Source: an uncultured Gammaproteobacteria bacterium
GTDB lineage: Bacteria; Patescibacteriota; Patescibacteriia; Patescibacteriales; UBA12465
DNA: 41,941 bases
Direction of reading: 5' to 3'
Assembly: GCA_964604915.1 (NCBI GenBank)
Contig: CAZSAA010000003.1
Span: 1-41,941, forward strand
Of this stretch, positions 1-7,328 are shown piece by piece (positions within the stretch are counted from its first letter, which is position 1; the number at the start of each line of letters is the position of its first letter). Both the position numbers and the translations under genes were made by a program. The notes under the pieces are model-generated. The model ran no database searches and was not told the origin of the DNA. It saw only the letters and a list, made by a program, of their open reading frames with translations.

Positions 1-1
1 G

Positions 2-72
2 CTCGGGGGCAAGGATTCGAACCTCGATAAGCAGGACCAAAACCTGCTGTCCTACCGTTAGACGACCCCCGA
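2..72 (-). tRNA. tRNA-Gln (anticodon UUG)
   Basis: The reverse complement folds as a cloverleaf. Acceptor is TCGGGGG/CCCCCGA (U1-A72, as in bacterial tRNA-Gln). Anticodon stem is GCAGG/CCTGC with loop TTTTGGT (UUG). T arm is CGAGG-TTCGAAT-CCTTG. No encoded CCA. Confidence 0.85.
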
Positions 73-88
73 ATGATGATATTGCTAT

Positions 89-117
89 ATGATAACCAAT
101 CTCTTCCCGCTCGTCAA
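89..117 (-). promoter_or_regulatory. Candidate sigma70-type promoter for tRNA-Gln (TTGACG-17-TATCAT)
   Basis: On the minus strand, TTGACG (112-117) and TATCAT (89-94) are separated by 17 nt. The -10 lies about 16 nt upstream of the tRNA 5' end. Confidence 0.4.
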
Positions 118-121
118 TTCC

Positions 122-1030
122 CTAGACCTTGGAATACCGCCGGGCTGCTAACCAGCTGGCCACTCCATTTATCACGAAAATGAGCAAGAACTGCAGGCCG
201 AAAACGGCCCAGAAGTTCTCGGTGAAGAAGGCGATAAGGTTGACGCCGTAGTCACTGAAAAATACCTCCAGATAGGGCTGCAGAACGGTCAGGAAGGGGA
301 AAAAGACGCAGATGGCGATCAGGACGGAAATGAGAGAATAGACGAAGGCCGAGATGAAATACGGCATGTAGATGAAGTAGTTGGAAGCGCCCACTAGCCG
401 CATTATCTCTATCTCCCGCCTGTGGGTATAGATAGCCACGCGGATAGTGTTATAGGCAACCAGGAGACTTGTGAACATGAAGATGGCAATCAGAAACCAG
501 CCCACCTCATTTATCCGCTCCGTCACGTAATTTATCTTCTCTAGTATCACTGAATTATCCGCAAAATCCCGCGATTCGATGATATCGCTGTCTATCTGCT
601 GCAATTGGGCGATAAGCATCGGAGAACGGGCGGTATCAGCTGGCATGATGGCTAAACTGGGCGAGAGCGGATTACGTCCCAATTCCTTGAGGGCCTGCAG
701 TATCTCCGGATTATTGCTGTATTTCTCCCGGAAAGAGGCAAGCGCCTTCTCCTTGGAGACATAGGTGATGGAACTTACTTCCGGCAAGGAAGCAATTTGC
801 GCCCGCAGAGCGCTTATCTCTTCTTCGCTAGCGGCCGGATCCATATACAAACTGATATCTATCTTCTGCTTTACCGCCTCAATAGCGCTGTCGCTTATCG
901 TCTGCACGGTGAGCAGCACATTTATCGACAAGAGCGCGAGTAGCAAGATGGTGACGGTGGCGACCGAGAGCCAGCCGTTACGGACGATGTCCTGGAAACT
1001 GAATTTTATTACCCTGAATAATCCTTGCAT
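122..1030 (-). CDS. ftsX: Cell-division ABC transporter permease-like protein FtsX
   Basis: 302-aa ORF with an N-terminal TM helix, a large extracytoplasmic loop and three C-terminal TM helices. It lies 10 nt downstream of ftsE. Confidence 0.85.
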   Translation of the reverse strand: MQGLFRVIKFSFQDIVRNGWLSVATVTILLLALLSINVLLTVQTISDSAIEAVKQKIDISLYMDPAASEEEISALRAQIASLPEVSSITYVSKEKALASFREKYSNNPEILQALKELGRNPLSPSLAIMPADTARSPMLIAQLQQIDSDIIESRDFADNSVILEKINYVTERINEVGWFLIAIFMFTSLLVAYNTIRVAIYTHRREIEIMRLVGASNYFIYMPYFISAFVYSLISVLIAICVFFPFLTVLQPYLEVFFSDYGVNLIAFFTENFWAVFGLQFLLIFVINGVASWLAARRYSKV

Positions 1031-1040
1031 ATGAAAAAAA

Positions 1041-1724
1041 TTATAGCAGATACTTCCCTTGCTTCTGGTCGCTTATCACCCTCCCCTGCTCCATGGTGAT
1101 GACCCGCCGGTGCAGGCGATTGACGATCTCCTTGTTATGGGTAACTAATACTACGGTGGTGCCGAAGCGGTTTATCCGGATGAGCAGGTCGATGATTTCG
1201 TCCGCGTTGATAGCGTCCAGGTTGCCGGTCGGCTCATCAGCCAAAAGTATCCGAGGCTGATGCACCAAGGCGCGGGCGATAGCGGCCCGTTGCTGTTCGC
1301 CGCCGGAGACTTCGTGGGGATAGCGCCCTTTCTTGTCTTCGAGTCCCACTATCTTCATGACGCTCCCGACCACCTTGTCGATCTTCTTGCGATCTTCGCC
1401 GCAGACTTCCAGGGCGAAGGCAACGTTCTCCTTCAAGGTCTTCTTAGGGAGGAGCTTAAAGTCTTGAAATATGACGCCTATCTGACGCCGCAAGAAAGCG
1501 ACTTCCCGTTTAGGGAGCCTGGTAATATCCCAATCGCCCACGATGACCTTGCCTTCGTCCGCCCGCTGTTCACCGATGAGGAGCTTGACCAGGGTAGTTT
1601 TGCCAGCGCCGGACTGACCGACGATAGAGACAAGCTCGCCCGCCCCGATCTCGAGACTGACGTTATCGACTACCTTATTCTTATGCTTGGTATAATACTT
1701 GGAAACTCCCTGCAGGCTGATCAT
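1041..1724 (-). CDS. ftsE: Cell-division ABC transporter ATPase FtsE
   Basis: Walker A GQSGAGKTT, ABC signature VSGGEQQR, Walker B ILLADEPTGNLD, H-loop VTHN. The 227-aa size is typical for FtsE. Confidence 0.9.
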   Translation of the reverse strand: MISLQGVSKYYTKHKNKVVDNVSLEIGAGELVSIVGQSGAGKTTLVKLLIGEQRADEGKVIVGDWDITRLPKREVAFLRRQIGVIFQDFKLLPKKTLKENVAFALEVCGEDRKKIDKVVGSVMKIVGLEDKKGRYPHEVSGGEQQRAAIARALVHQPRILLADEPTGNLDAINADEIIDLLIRINRFGTTVVLVTHNKEIVNRLHRRVITMEQGRVISDQKQGKYLL

Positions 1725-1728
1725 ATGT

Positions 1729-3264
1729 TTAGTCGAGCATGGATAGCCCGTAGCTTATCATCTGCTCATTATCGGTGAGGCTCGATGCCTTATCTTTAGA
1801 ATTGAAGTTTATCGCGATCACCTTCCTGCCCCGGCTATCCTGCGCCTGGGTCATCAGGCAGTATCCCGCTTCATGGAGATAGCCAGTCTTGGAGGCTAGG
1901 ATATCATATTTGCTGGAGCTGATAAGCGAATTAGTATTGGTGAGCGTATGCAGCTCCTTAGTGTTTATCGTCGAGAAAGAATAGCGCCAAGTGCTGGCCA
2001 CCTTCTTGAGGAGGGGATTATTGAACGCTTCTCTGGTTATTATAGCATACTCGTACGGAGAGCTCACGTTCTCAGGCGAGAGGCCGGTCGGTTCCACAAA
2101 CTTAGTGGAGGTAGCGCCCCAAGCCGATACCGTCTCGTTCATCCTGGCGACGAACGCCTCGCGACTCAGGCCGCTCGCGCGCACCAGGGTCTCCACCGTA
2201 TTATTGGCTGAACCGACCAAAGAAGAATATAGCAAGTCCTCGAGGGTCATGGTTTCGCCATCATCCACCTTGAGCCGGGCTGATTCCCATGGTTCGCAGT
2301 ATAGGTAGTTCCACTGTTCATCCTTCACGCTATAGCCCACGACGTTAGAGAGAGTGGGACGAGTGGAGAGAAAAACGCTGGCGGCAACCACCTTGCTCAG
2401 GCTAGCAAGCGGCGCTATCTTCTTGGCGTCCTTCTCCCAGAGCACTTCTCCGGTCTCGGCATCGACTACGATGCCCGAAGAAGCGGATATCTGCGGGCCC
2501 TCGGCCGCCTGTGCCGCTACCACCGGTTGGTTGGTCGGTTCTATCACCTTCTGCGGCTCGATCTTCACGTTGATAATACCGGCTCCCAGGCTGGCGATCT
2601 TAGCAAATGCCACCTTATCAAGATCGATTACCCGATCAGGATGGGCTTTGCGATCAGGGCCGAAATCATTAACCGTCACGGTCACTGATTTCCCGTTATC
2701 GACATTATACACCTTGAGTATGGTTCCTTTCTTGAAATCCGGCGACGCGGCGAACAAGCCGCCCTTATAGGCATACCAACTCGCCCGGCCCACGGTCATC
2801 ACTTCGGTATTGGCCAATACCGCTAATTGGGCATATGGCAGCGATAAAGTCGCCGTTACCACGTTATTCTTCGGATCATCGCTCCCTATCACCGGCTTCC
2901 AAATTTGGGCGTTGCGATCAAAAAAGAATATCTGCTTGTAATTGGCATTATCCTCATACTTGATACTTATCTGATAGCTAGCGCCGGCGGCTAGTCCGTT
3001 CTTGAAAAAATCTACTTGGTAGATCGGGCTCACTAGCCTATAGTTCCAGGGCAGGGGAAGCTCGCCCTCATATTCCTTGATCTCCAGCTTATCCGACGCA
3101 GCCGCTTTCTCGGGCACGGATACCAAAATGCCGCCAGCATCGAAGTTGGCGCTATATGGCTGGCCTGGCACTAGGGGAAAGACTTGATTAGCTGCCAAAG
3201 CGCCCGGGGACGAAAGGGGCAAGATGATTATCGCCGCTATTATCGCTATTATCGTATTTTTCAT
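1729..3264 (-). CDS. Secreted fusion protein: RlpA-like double-psi beta-barrel domain plus S11 D-alanyl-D-alanine carboxypeptidase (PBP5-like)
   Basis: Signal peptide MKNTIIAIIAAIIILPLSSPGALA. RlpA-type block GRASWYAY...VTVTVNDFGPDR...RVIDLD. C-terminal penicillin-binding motifs SLSK (SxxK), SAN (SxN) and KTG. The stop lies 4 nt before the ftsE start. Confidence 0.8.
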   Translation of the reverse strand: MKNTIIAIIAAIIILPLSSPGALAANQVFPLVPGQPYSANFDAGGILVSVPEKAAASDKLEIKEYEGELPLPWNYRLVSPIYQVDFFKNGLAAGASYQISIKYEDNANYKQIFFFDRNAQIWKPVIGSDDPKNNVVTATLSLPYAQLAVLANTEVMTVGRASWYAYKGGLFAASPDFKKGTILKVYNVDNGKSVTVTVNDFGPDRKAHPDRVIDLDKVAFAKIASLGAGIINVKIEPQKVIEPTNQPVVAAQAAEGPQISASSGIVVDAETGEVLWEKDAKKIAPLASLSKVVAASVFLSTRPTLSNVVGYSVKDEQWNYLYCEPWESARLKVDDGETMTLEDLLYSSLVGSANNTVETLVRASGLSREAFVARMNETVSAWGATSTKFVEPTGLSPENVSSPYEYAIITREAFNNPLLKKVASTWRYSFSTINTKELHTLTNTNSLISSSKYDILASKTGYLHEAGYCLMTQAQDSRGRKVIAINFNSKDKASSLTDNEQMISYGLSMLD

Positions 3265-3272
3265 AGGTTTAA

Positions 3273-3302
3273 TTGACTTTTAACGGCCGCCGCCGTTATA
3301 AT
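3273..3302 (+). promoter_or_regulatory. Candidate promoter of the tRNA-Gly/tRNA-Thr pair (TTGACT-18-TATAAT)
   Basis: TTGACT at 3273-3278 and TATAAT at 3297-3302 with an 18-nt spacer. The -10 ends 13 nt before the tRNA-Gly 5' end. Confidence 0.6.
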
Positions 3303-3315
3303 GTTAATGATTTAT

Positions 3316-3387
3316 GCGGGTGTCGTATAATGGTTATTATGCAAGCTTCCCAAGCTTGAGACGGCGGTCCGATTCCGCTCACCCGCT
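3316..3387 (+). tRNA. tRNA-Gly (anticodon CCC)
   Basis: Acceptor GCGGGTG/CACCCGC. Anticodon arm CAAGC-TTCCCAA-GCTTG. T arm GGCGG-TCCGATT-CCGCT. 72 nt, no encoded CCA. Confidence 0.85.
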
Positions 3388-3395
3388 CTGATAAG

Positions 3396-3468
3396 GCCAG
3401 GATAGCTCAGTTGGTAGAGCAACGCACTCGTAACGCGTAGGTCGTGGGTCCGAATCCCATTCCTGGCT
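3396..3468 (+). tRNA. tRNA-Thr (anticodon CGU)
   Basis: Acceptor GCCAGGA/TCCTGGC. D arm GCTC-AGTTGGTA-GAGC. Anticodon loop CTCGTAA on stem ACGCA/CGCGT with one A-C mismatch. T arm GTGGG-TCCGAAT-CCCAT. Confidence 0.85.
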
Positions 3469-3473
3469 CAAGT

Positions 3474-3498
3474 AAAAGGGCGCTAACCGCGCTCTTTT
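3474..3498. terminator. Bidirectional hairpin terminator between the tRNA pair and the FtsB-like gene
   Basis: AAAAGGGCGC-taacc-GCGCTCTTTT forms a 10-bp stem with one G-U pair. A/T runs flank it on both sides. Confidence 0.55.
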
Positions 3499-3509
3499 AG
3501 TATACAAAA

Positions 3510-3944
3510 CTATCGCTTGATATCGCCGAAGAAATACTGGAGCCAAAGCGAGAAATTGCTCAAGCCCGACGGATTATCATCCGTCTCTCCTATCAAGGTG
3601 GAAGAAGCTGTTTCCTGGATCACCACCACCGTTTCGCCGGGTTTCTTGAGACCGAGGTTTAGTCTCGCCTGCTCTTCCAGCGAAGAGTTGGACTGGACGT
3701 AGCTGAGCATCTTGTCGAGCTCGGCATTCTGCTTCTCATACTCGGCAATCTCCCGCCTCACTTCCTCAATCTCGCGATCGATGGCTTGCTGACGATTCTG
3801 GTTCTTTGCTAAGGGCCAGATCACCAAAGCCAATAACGAGAGGGCAACGATCGCCACGAAACGCTGGCTGCTAAAAAAATTCAGCCAGAAACCGCCATGG
3901 CCAGGCTTGAGATAGGTTTTTTGTTGGCTTTTTTCCTTATCCAT
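3510..3944 (-). CDS. Septum formation initiator (FtsB/DivIC/FtsL-like) membrane protein
   Basis: 144 aa with a single TM helix (FVAIVALSLLALVIWPL). This is followed by a coiled-coil (IDREIEEVRREIAEYEKQNAELDKM) and the LGLKKPGE motif common in FtsB/DivIC. Confidence 0.7.
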   Translation of the reverse strand: MDKEKSQQKTYLKPGHGGFWLNFFSSQRFVAIVALSLLALVIWPLAKNQNRQQAIDREIEEVRREIAEYEKQNAELDKMLSYVQSNSSLEEQARLNLGLKKPGETVVVIQETASSTLIGETDDNPSGLSNFSLWLQYFFGDIKR

Positions 3945-3947
3945 ATC

Positions 3948-5531
3948 TTAGCGTTCTTTAGGGGTCACCCAGAAACCCATATATTTGCCTTTCATCAGGC
4001 GCACCTGGGCATCGAGGCAGGGCAAGGCGCCAAAGAGCGTCACGTTTATCGGCACGAATACCCACTGCAAGACCATTATAACACTTTTCCAAGGAGAATA
4101 TCCCTTGGGCCGCTTGGGCAGCAGAAGATTGGAGAATATTGCCGACAGTACCAACCCGATCATGGCCATGTTCATCAGATTACTGGTTATCTGCGGCAGG
4201 TTACCGGACAAGACCGTACTGTTGAAGCGCTCGCCGCCAAGCAATACCGGCAGCCAGCCGATGACGCCGACGATGAGGGCGTTAGTCGCCCAGGAATGAA
4301 AACCGTATATCTGGATGAGAATGTGTTTGATAAGCACGAGTCTGCCTTTCCGCGGCCAGCCCTTGGTATTGCGGAACAGATTAAAGAAAAGATATGGGAG
4401 ATTCTCCGCTCCCCAAGCCCAGCGCCGCTGCTGTTTATATAGGCTAGCGGCCGTCTTGATGAAGTTCTCATCTAAAGTAGCGTCCATGGAGATGAATAGG
4501 TATAGCGGCTCGACCCGATATCCCCCCCTATAATACAACAAGCAATTCCAAAAAATGCGGGAATCCTCGCTCACCATATTGGTCGGCCAATAGCCGATAT
4601 CATGCAAGGCGCGAAAGGTCATGGAATGGGAAGAATAGGTGACCAGCTTTTCCTGCCGGATACCCATGATCATCTGCCAGAAGGTGTTGGAAGAGGCGGC
4701 TACGCGCGAGAAGAACGGTGCCTGCCACATATTATTATTATATACCGGGATAGGCTGATAGCTAGCGCGGTGCGGTTGCGAAACAGTGAGGAACTTATGT
4801 GTCAAACAGAAAAAATATTGGTCGGAGATGACGGTATCGATATCGAAGACGCTCACCAGGATGCGGTCATAGTCCAGGCCGCGCGGATCAATGATTTCAC
4901 GAACCGCCTGCCTGGCTGCCCAGGCTTGATTAGCTCCCTTGCCCTTGAGCTCGCCGACTATTCCCTGCGGATGGAAGGTAATGAGGAAGTTAGGGAAGAT
5001 AGTGCTAAAACGCTCTCTCATCGCCACTGCCTTTTCATTAGCCGATTCACCGGCCCGCTCTTCCATTGCTAAGACCACAATGAGGCGGTCATTGGGAAAA
5101 CGATCATTGGCCACCGATTGGAGGCAAGTAGCAAGAATTTCCGCGCTTTCGTTATAGGTCGGCAGAATGACCAAATGCCACAGATCGTTCCAAGCTACGC
5201 CTTGGCGAGCCAAGGCCTCTGGCTCTACTTCTTGACCATACTCGCCTCTAACTAGAGCCTGGCACCTAGCCTCCCAATCAATCTTCTGGTTACGTTTGAT
5301 CTTGCGGAAGGAGGCAATAGTATATATTGCCAAATATACGACCAGAAGCAGCCAATATACATCGAAAGCGATGACGATAAAGGCGGCCCAGACCGGCTTG
5401 GCGTATGAGAGGACCGCCAAAAATAACAAGGTGCCTAAAGAAAAGGCGCCGGGAAACATTTCCAAGGCGCGATAGAGTCTATGGTCTTTGCCAGTTAATT
5501 CGGTCGCTTTGCCGATTTTGAGATAGTCCAT
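3948..5531 (-). CDS. Membrane-embedded family 2 glycosyltransferase (processive beta-glycan synthase-like)
   Basis: N- and C-terminal TM helices. GT2 motifs are PTYNES, DID (DxD), SEDSR and the processive-synthase signature QRRWAWG (QxxRW). Confidence 0.75.
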   Translation of the reverse strand: MDYLKIGKATELTGKDHRLYRALEMFPGAFSLGTLLFLAVLSYAKPVWAAFIVIAFDVYWLLLVVYLAIYTIASFRKIKRNQKIDWEARCQALVRGEYGQEVEPEALARQGVAWNDLWHLVILPTYNESAEILATCLQSVANDRFPNDRLIVVLAMEERAGESANEKAVAMRERFSTIFPNFLITFHPQGIVGELKGKGANQAWAARQAVREIIDPRGLDYDRILVSVFDIDTVISDQYFFCLTHKFLTVSQPHRASYQPIPVYNNNMWQAPFFSRVAASSNTFWQMIMGIRQEKLVTYSSHSMTFRALHDIGYWPTNMVSEDSRIFWNCLLYYRGGYRVEPLYLFISMDATLDENFIKTAASLYKQQRRWAWGAENLPYLFFNLFRNTKGWPRKGRLVLIKHILIQIYGFHSWATNALIVGVIGWLPVLLGGERFNSTVLSGNLPQITSNLMNMAMIGLVLSAIFSNLLLPKRPKGYSPWKSVIMVLQWVFVPINVTLFGALPCLDAQVRLMKGKYMGFWVTPKER

Positions 5532-5589
5532 ATTTACGGTATTTATTATAGCAGAACAGCCGAAAAATACAAAGATGGAAAATTATCGT

Positions 5590-5618
5590 TTGGTATAAAT
5601 AAAAATTCGCGGTACAAT
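5590..5618 (+). promoter_or_regulatory. Candidate promoter of the pilin gene (TTGGTA-17-TACAAT)
   Basis: TTGGTA at 5590-5595 and TACAAT at 5613-5618 with a 17-nt spacer. It lies about 40 nt upstream of the ATG at 5657. Confidence 0.4.
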
Positions 5619-5656
5619 ATATCTATACCGTTTATATGGCCTATTTTTGATGTAAT

Positions 5657-6154
5657 ATGAAAAGAAAATATCAACCAGGTTTCACTCTCATCGAATTACT
5701 AGTCGTTATCGCCATTATCGGCCTTTTATCAACTATTTCCATCATTGCCCTAAATCAAGCCCGGTCGAAAGCCAGAGACGCCAGACGGGTAGCTGACGCG
5801 CACCAATTAACCAATGCCATCGACATGTATTATAATCAATATGGCGAATACCCGCCGCTAGTGGAAGGACAGGCGTTAGGATATGAAAATAGTTCTAACA
5901 ACACCTTCATGCATAATCTGGTTACCGCTGGCTTCCTATCCTCTGACCTGAAAGATCCGTGGAATAATAAGACATATTTTTTCTACTACTGGTTTTCAGT
6001 GGATTATAGTTATGTAAACACGTATTGCGGTGCTAATGGGAAATATCTATTAAGGATAGCTCTGGAAAACAATACGCCTCTAGACGGTTTCGCGGTCAAT
6101 TGCGTTTCCCAGACTCCTGCTTCGGGTTATTGCCGTTGCATCTGTTTCTACTAA
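5657..6154 (+). CDS. Type IV pilin / pseudopilin with prepilin-type N-terminal cleavage-methylation signal
   Basis: Class III signal MKRKYQPG|FTLIELLVVIAIIGLL with Glu at position +5. 165 aa. The C-terminal globular part has several Cys. Confidence 0.85.
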   Translation: MKRKYQPGFTLIELLVVIAIIGLLSTISIIALNQARSKARDARRVADAHQLTNAIDMYYNQYGEYPPLVEGQALGYENSSNNTFMHNLVTAGFLSSDLKDPWNNKTYFFYYWFSVDYSYVNTYCGANGKYLLRIALENNTPLDGFAVNCVSQTPASGYCRCICFY

Positions 6155-6176
6155 TCATCTTTTTTATCTAAAAAAG

Positions 6177-6215
6177 AAAAAACCGGTCCATATTATACGG
6201 ATCGGTTTTATGTTT
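6177..6215 (+). terminator. Rho-independent terminator after the pilin gene
   Basis: AAAACCGGTCC-atattatac-GGATCGGTTTT forms an 11-bp stem with one G-U pair, followed by TTTTATGTTTT. Confidence 0.6.
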
Positions 6216-6232
6216 TCAATAATTTTTTCTGC

Positions 6233-6703
6233 CTACCATGGACACAGGAGCGAAATCGAATCTTGCTCGACTTCCTCCGATCCCCAGACATAGGCATGAG
6301 ACATCCAAAACCGGCGGGAATCCCGGAAAACAAAAGGGGCTTCCCAAACTTCAGTCGGCCTCATCTTGCCAAAAAATGCCTTGATCAGGACATATGTCCT
6401 GAATTCGTCGCCTTTTTTCAAGATAAGGCTAAGACAATTAGTATCTTCCGGCTCCCGATCCTTGACGAACCGCGATAGGCCGGATTTCCCGATTCTCCTG
6501 GCATAGACTATCAGGTCATGCCTCGTAGTATCTACACAGTAATCTTTCCCGATAATCTCGGGAAAAATCACCTCCTCCCTGATATATTGCCGTCCCAGCC
6601 CCTCTATTGTCGCTAGAGCTTGGGGCAATAGATCAGCTACTCCTGCTTGGAGAGCGCCATCCTCTATCGTGACTTTCTCTCCTGAATATAAAAAGAACTC
6701 CAT
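6233..6703 (-). CDS. Hypothetical protein (last gene of the ATPase-exonuclease operon)
   Basis: Open frame of about 156 aa from ATG 6703, which is preceded by AAAGGGA. The ORF track begins at an upstream GTG at 6724. I recognise no motif. It lies 19 nt downstream of the exonuclease gene. Confidence 0.55.
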   Translation of the reverse strand: MEFFLYSGEKVTIEDGALQAGVADLLPQALATIEGLGRQYIREEVIFPEIIGKDYCVDTTRHDLIVYARRIGKSGLSRFVKDREPEDTNCLSLILKKGDEFRTYVLIKAFFGKMRPTEVWEAPFVFRDSRRFWMSHAYVWGSEEVEQDSISLLCPW

Positions 6704-6743
6704 TGAGTTCCCTTTATAACACACTTTAGCGATAAAATCAAGG

Positions 6744-7322
6744 CTAGATGCTTAGTCCATATTTTTCTTTCAGGCCGAACAGACAGCGCCCACAGGCAAA
6801 GACGTCAACCATGGCGTCATGAGCATCATCGAATTTCTCACTGAAAAGATGCTGGTGCAAGTCGGAAAGCGTAAACCATTTATAGCCTCCACGCCCGTTG
6901 CTCACCTTGATAGTGCTAGAGCTGAGCTTCATAGTACATAGCTTGTTAGCTAACAGAAAGACGTTGGGCATGGCCAGGCGGAACAATTCCGCCCCCACAA
7001 TCTTCTCATCAAAATCGACGTTATGCCCAACTATATGTCGGGCGCGGGAAATCTCCTTGACGAAGATATCCAATATTTCCCGTAGTGGCTTCCCTTCAGC
7101 CAAAGCCTTTTCCGTGCTGATCCGATGCACTTTGGCCGCATCAGCCGGTATCACGAAGCCCTCGGGCTTGATGATGTGGTTGTGATAGTCCCAACGGTTA
7201 CCCTCCGCATCATACCACGCCCAAGCCAACTGGACCAAGCGCGGCCAATTAGCTGAATCGGATATCGGAGCGTTATAGTTCCGGGGCAACCCGGTAGTTT
7301 CGGTATCGAATACTAAATACAT
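6744..7322 (-). CDS. DnaQ-like DEDDh 3'-5' exonuclease
   Basis: Exo I LVFDTETTG, Exo II GHNVDFD, Exo III HDAMVDV. A 192-aa stand-alone domain. Confidence 0.85.
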   Translation of the reverse strand: MYLVFDTETTGLPRNYNAPISDSANWPRLVQLAWAWYDAEGNRWDYHNHIIKPEGFVIPADAAKVHRISTEKALAEGKPLREILDIFVKEISRARHIVGHNVDFDEKIVGAELFRLAMPNVFLLANKLCTMKLSSSTIKVSNGRGGYKWFTLSDLHQHLFSEKFDDAHDAMVDVFACGRCLFGLKEKYGLSI

Positions 7323-7328
7323 AAATGT

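Noticed and set aside
1260-1778. 172-aa plus-strand ORF
   Set aside because: It lies antisense to ftsE, whose ABC motifs are unambiguous.
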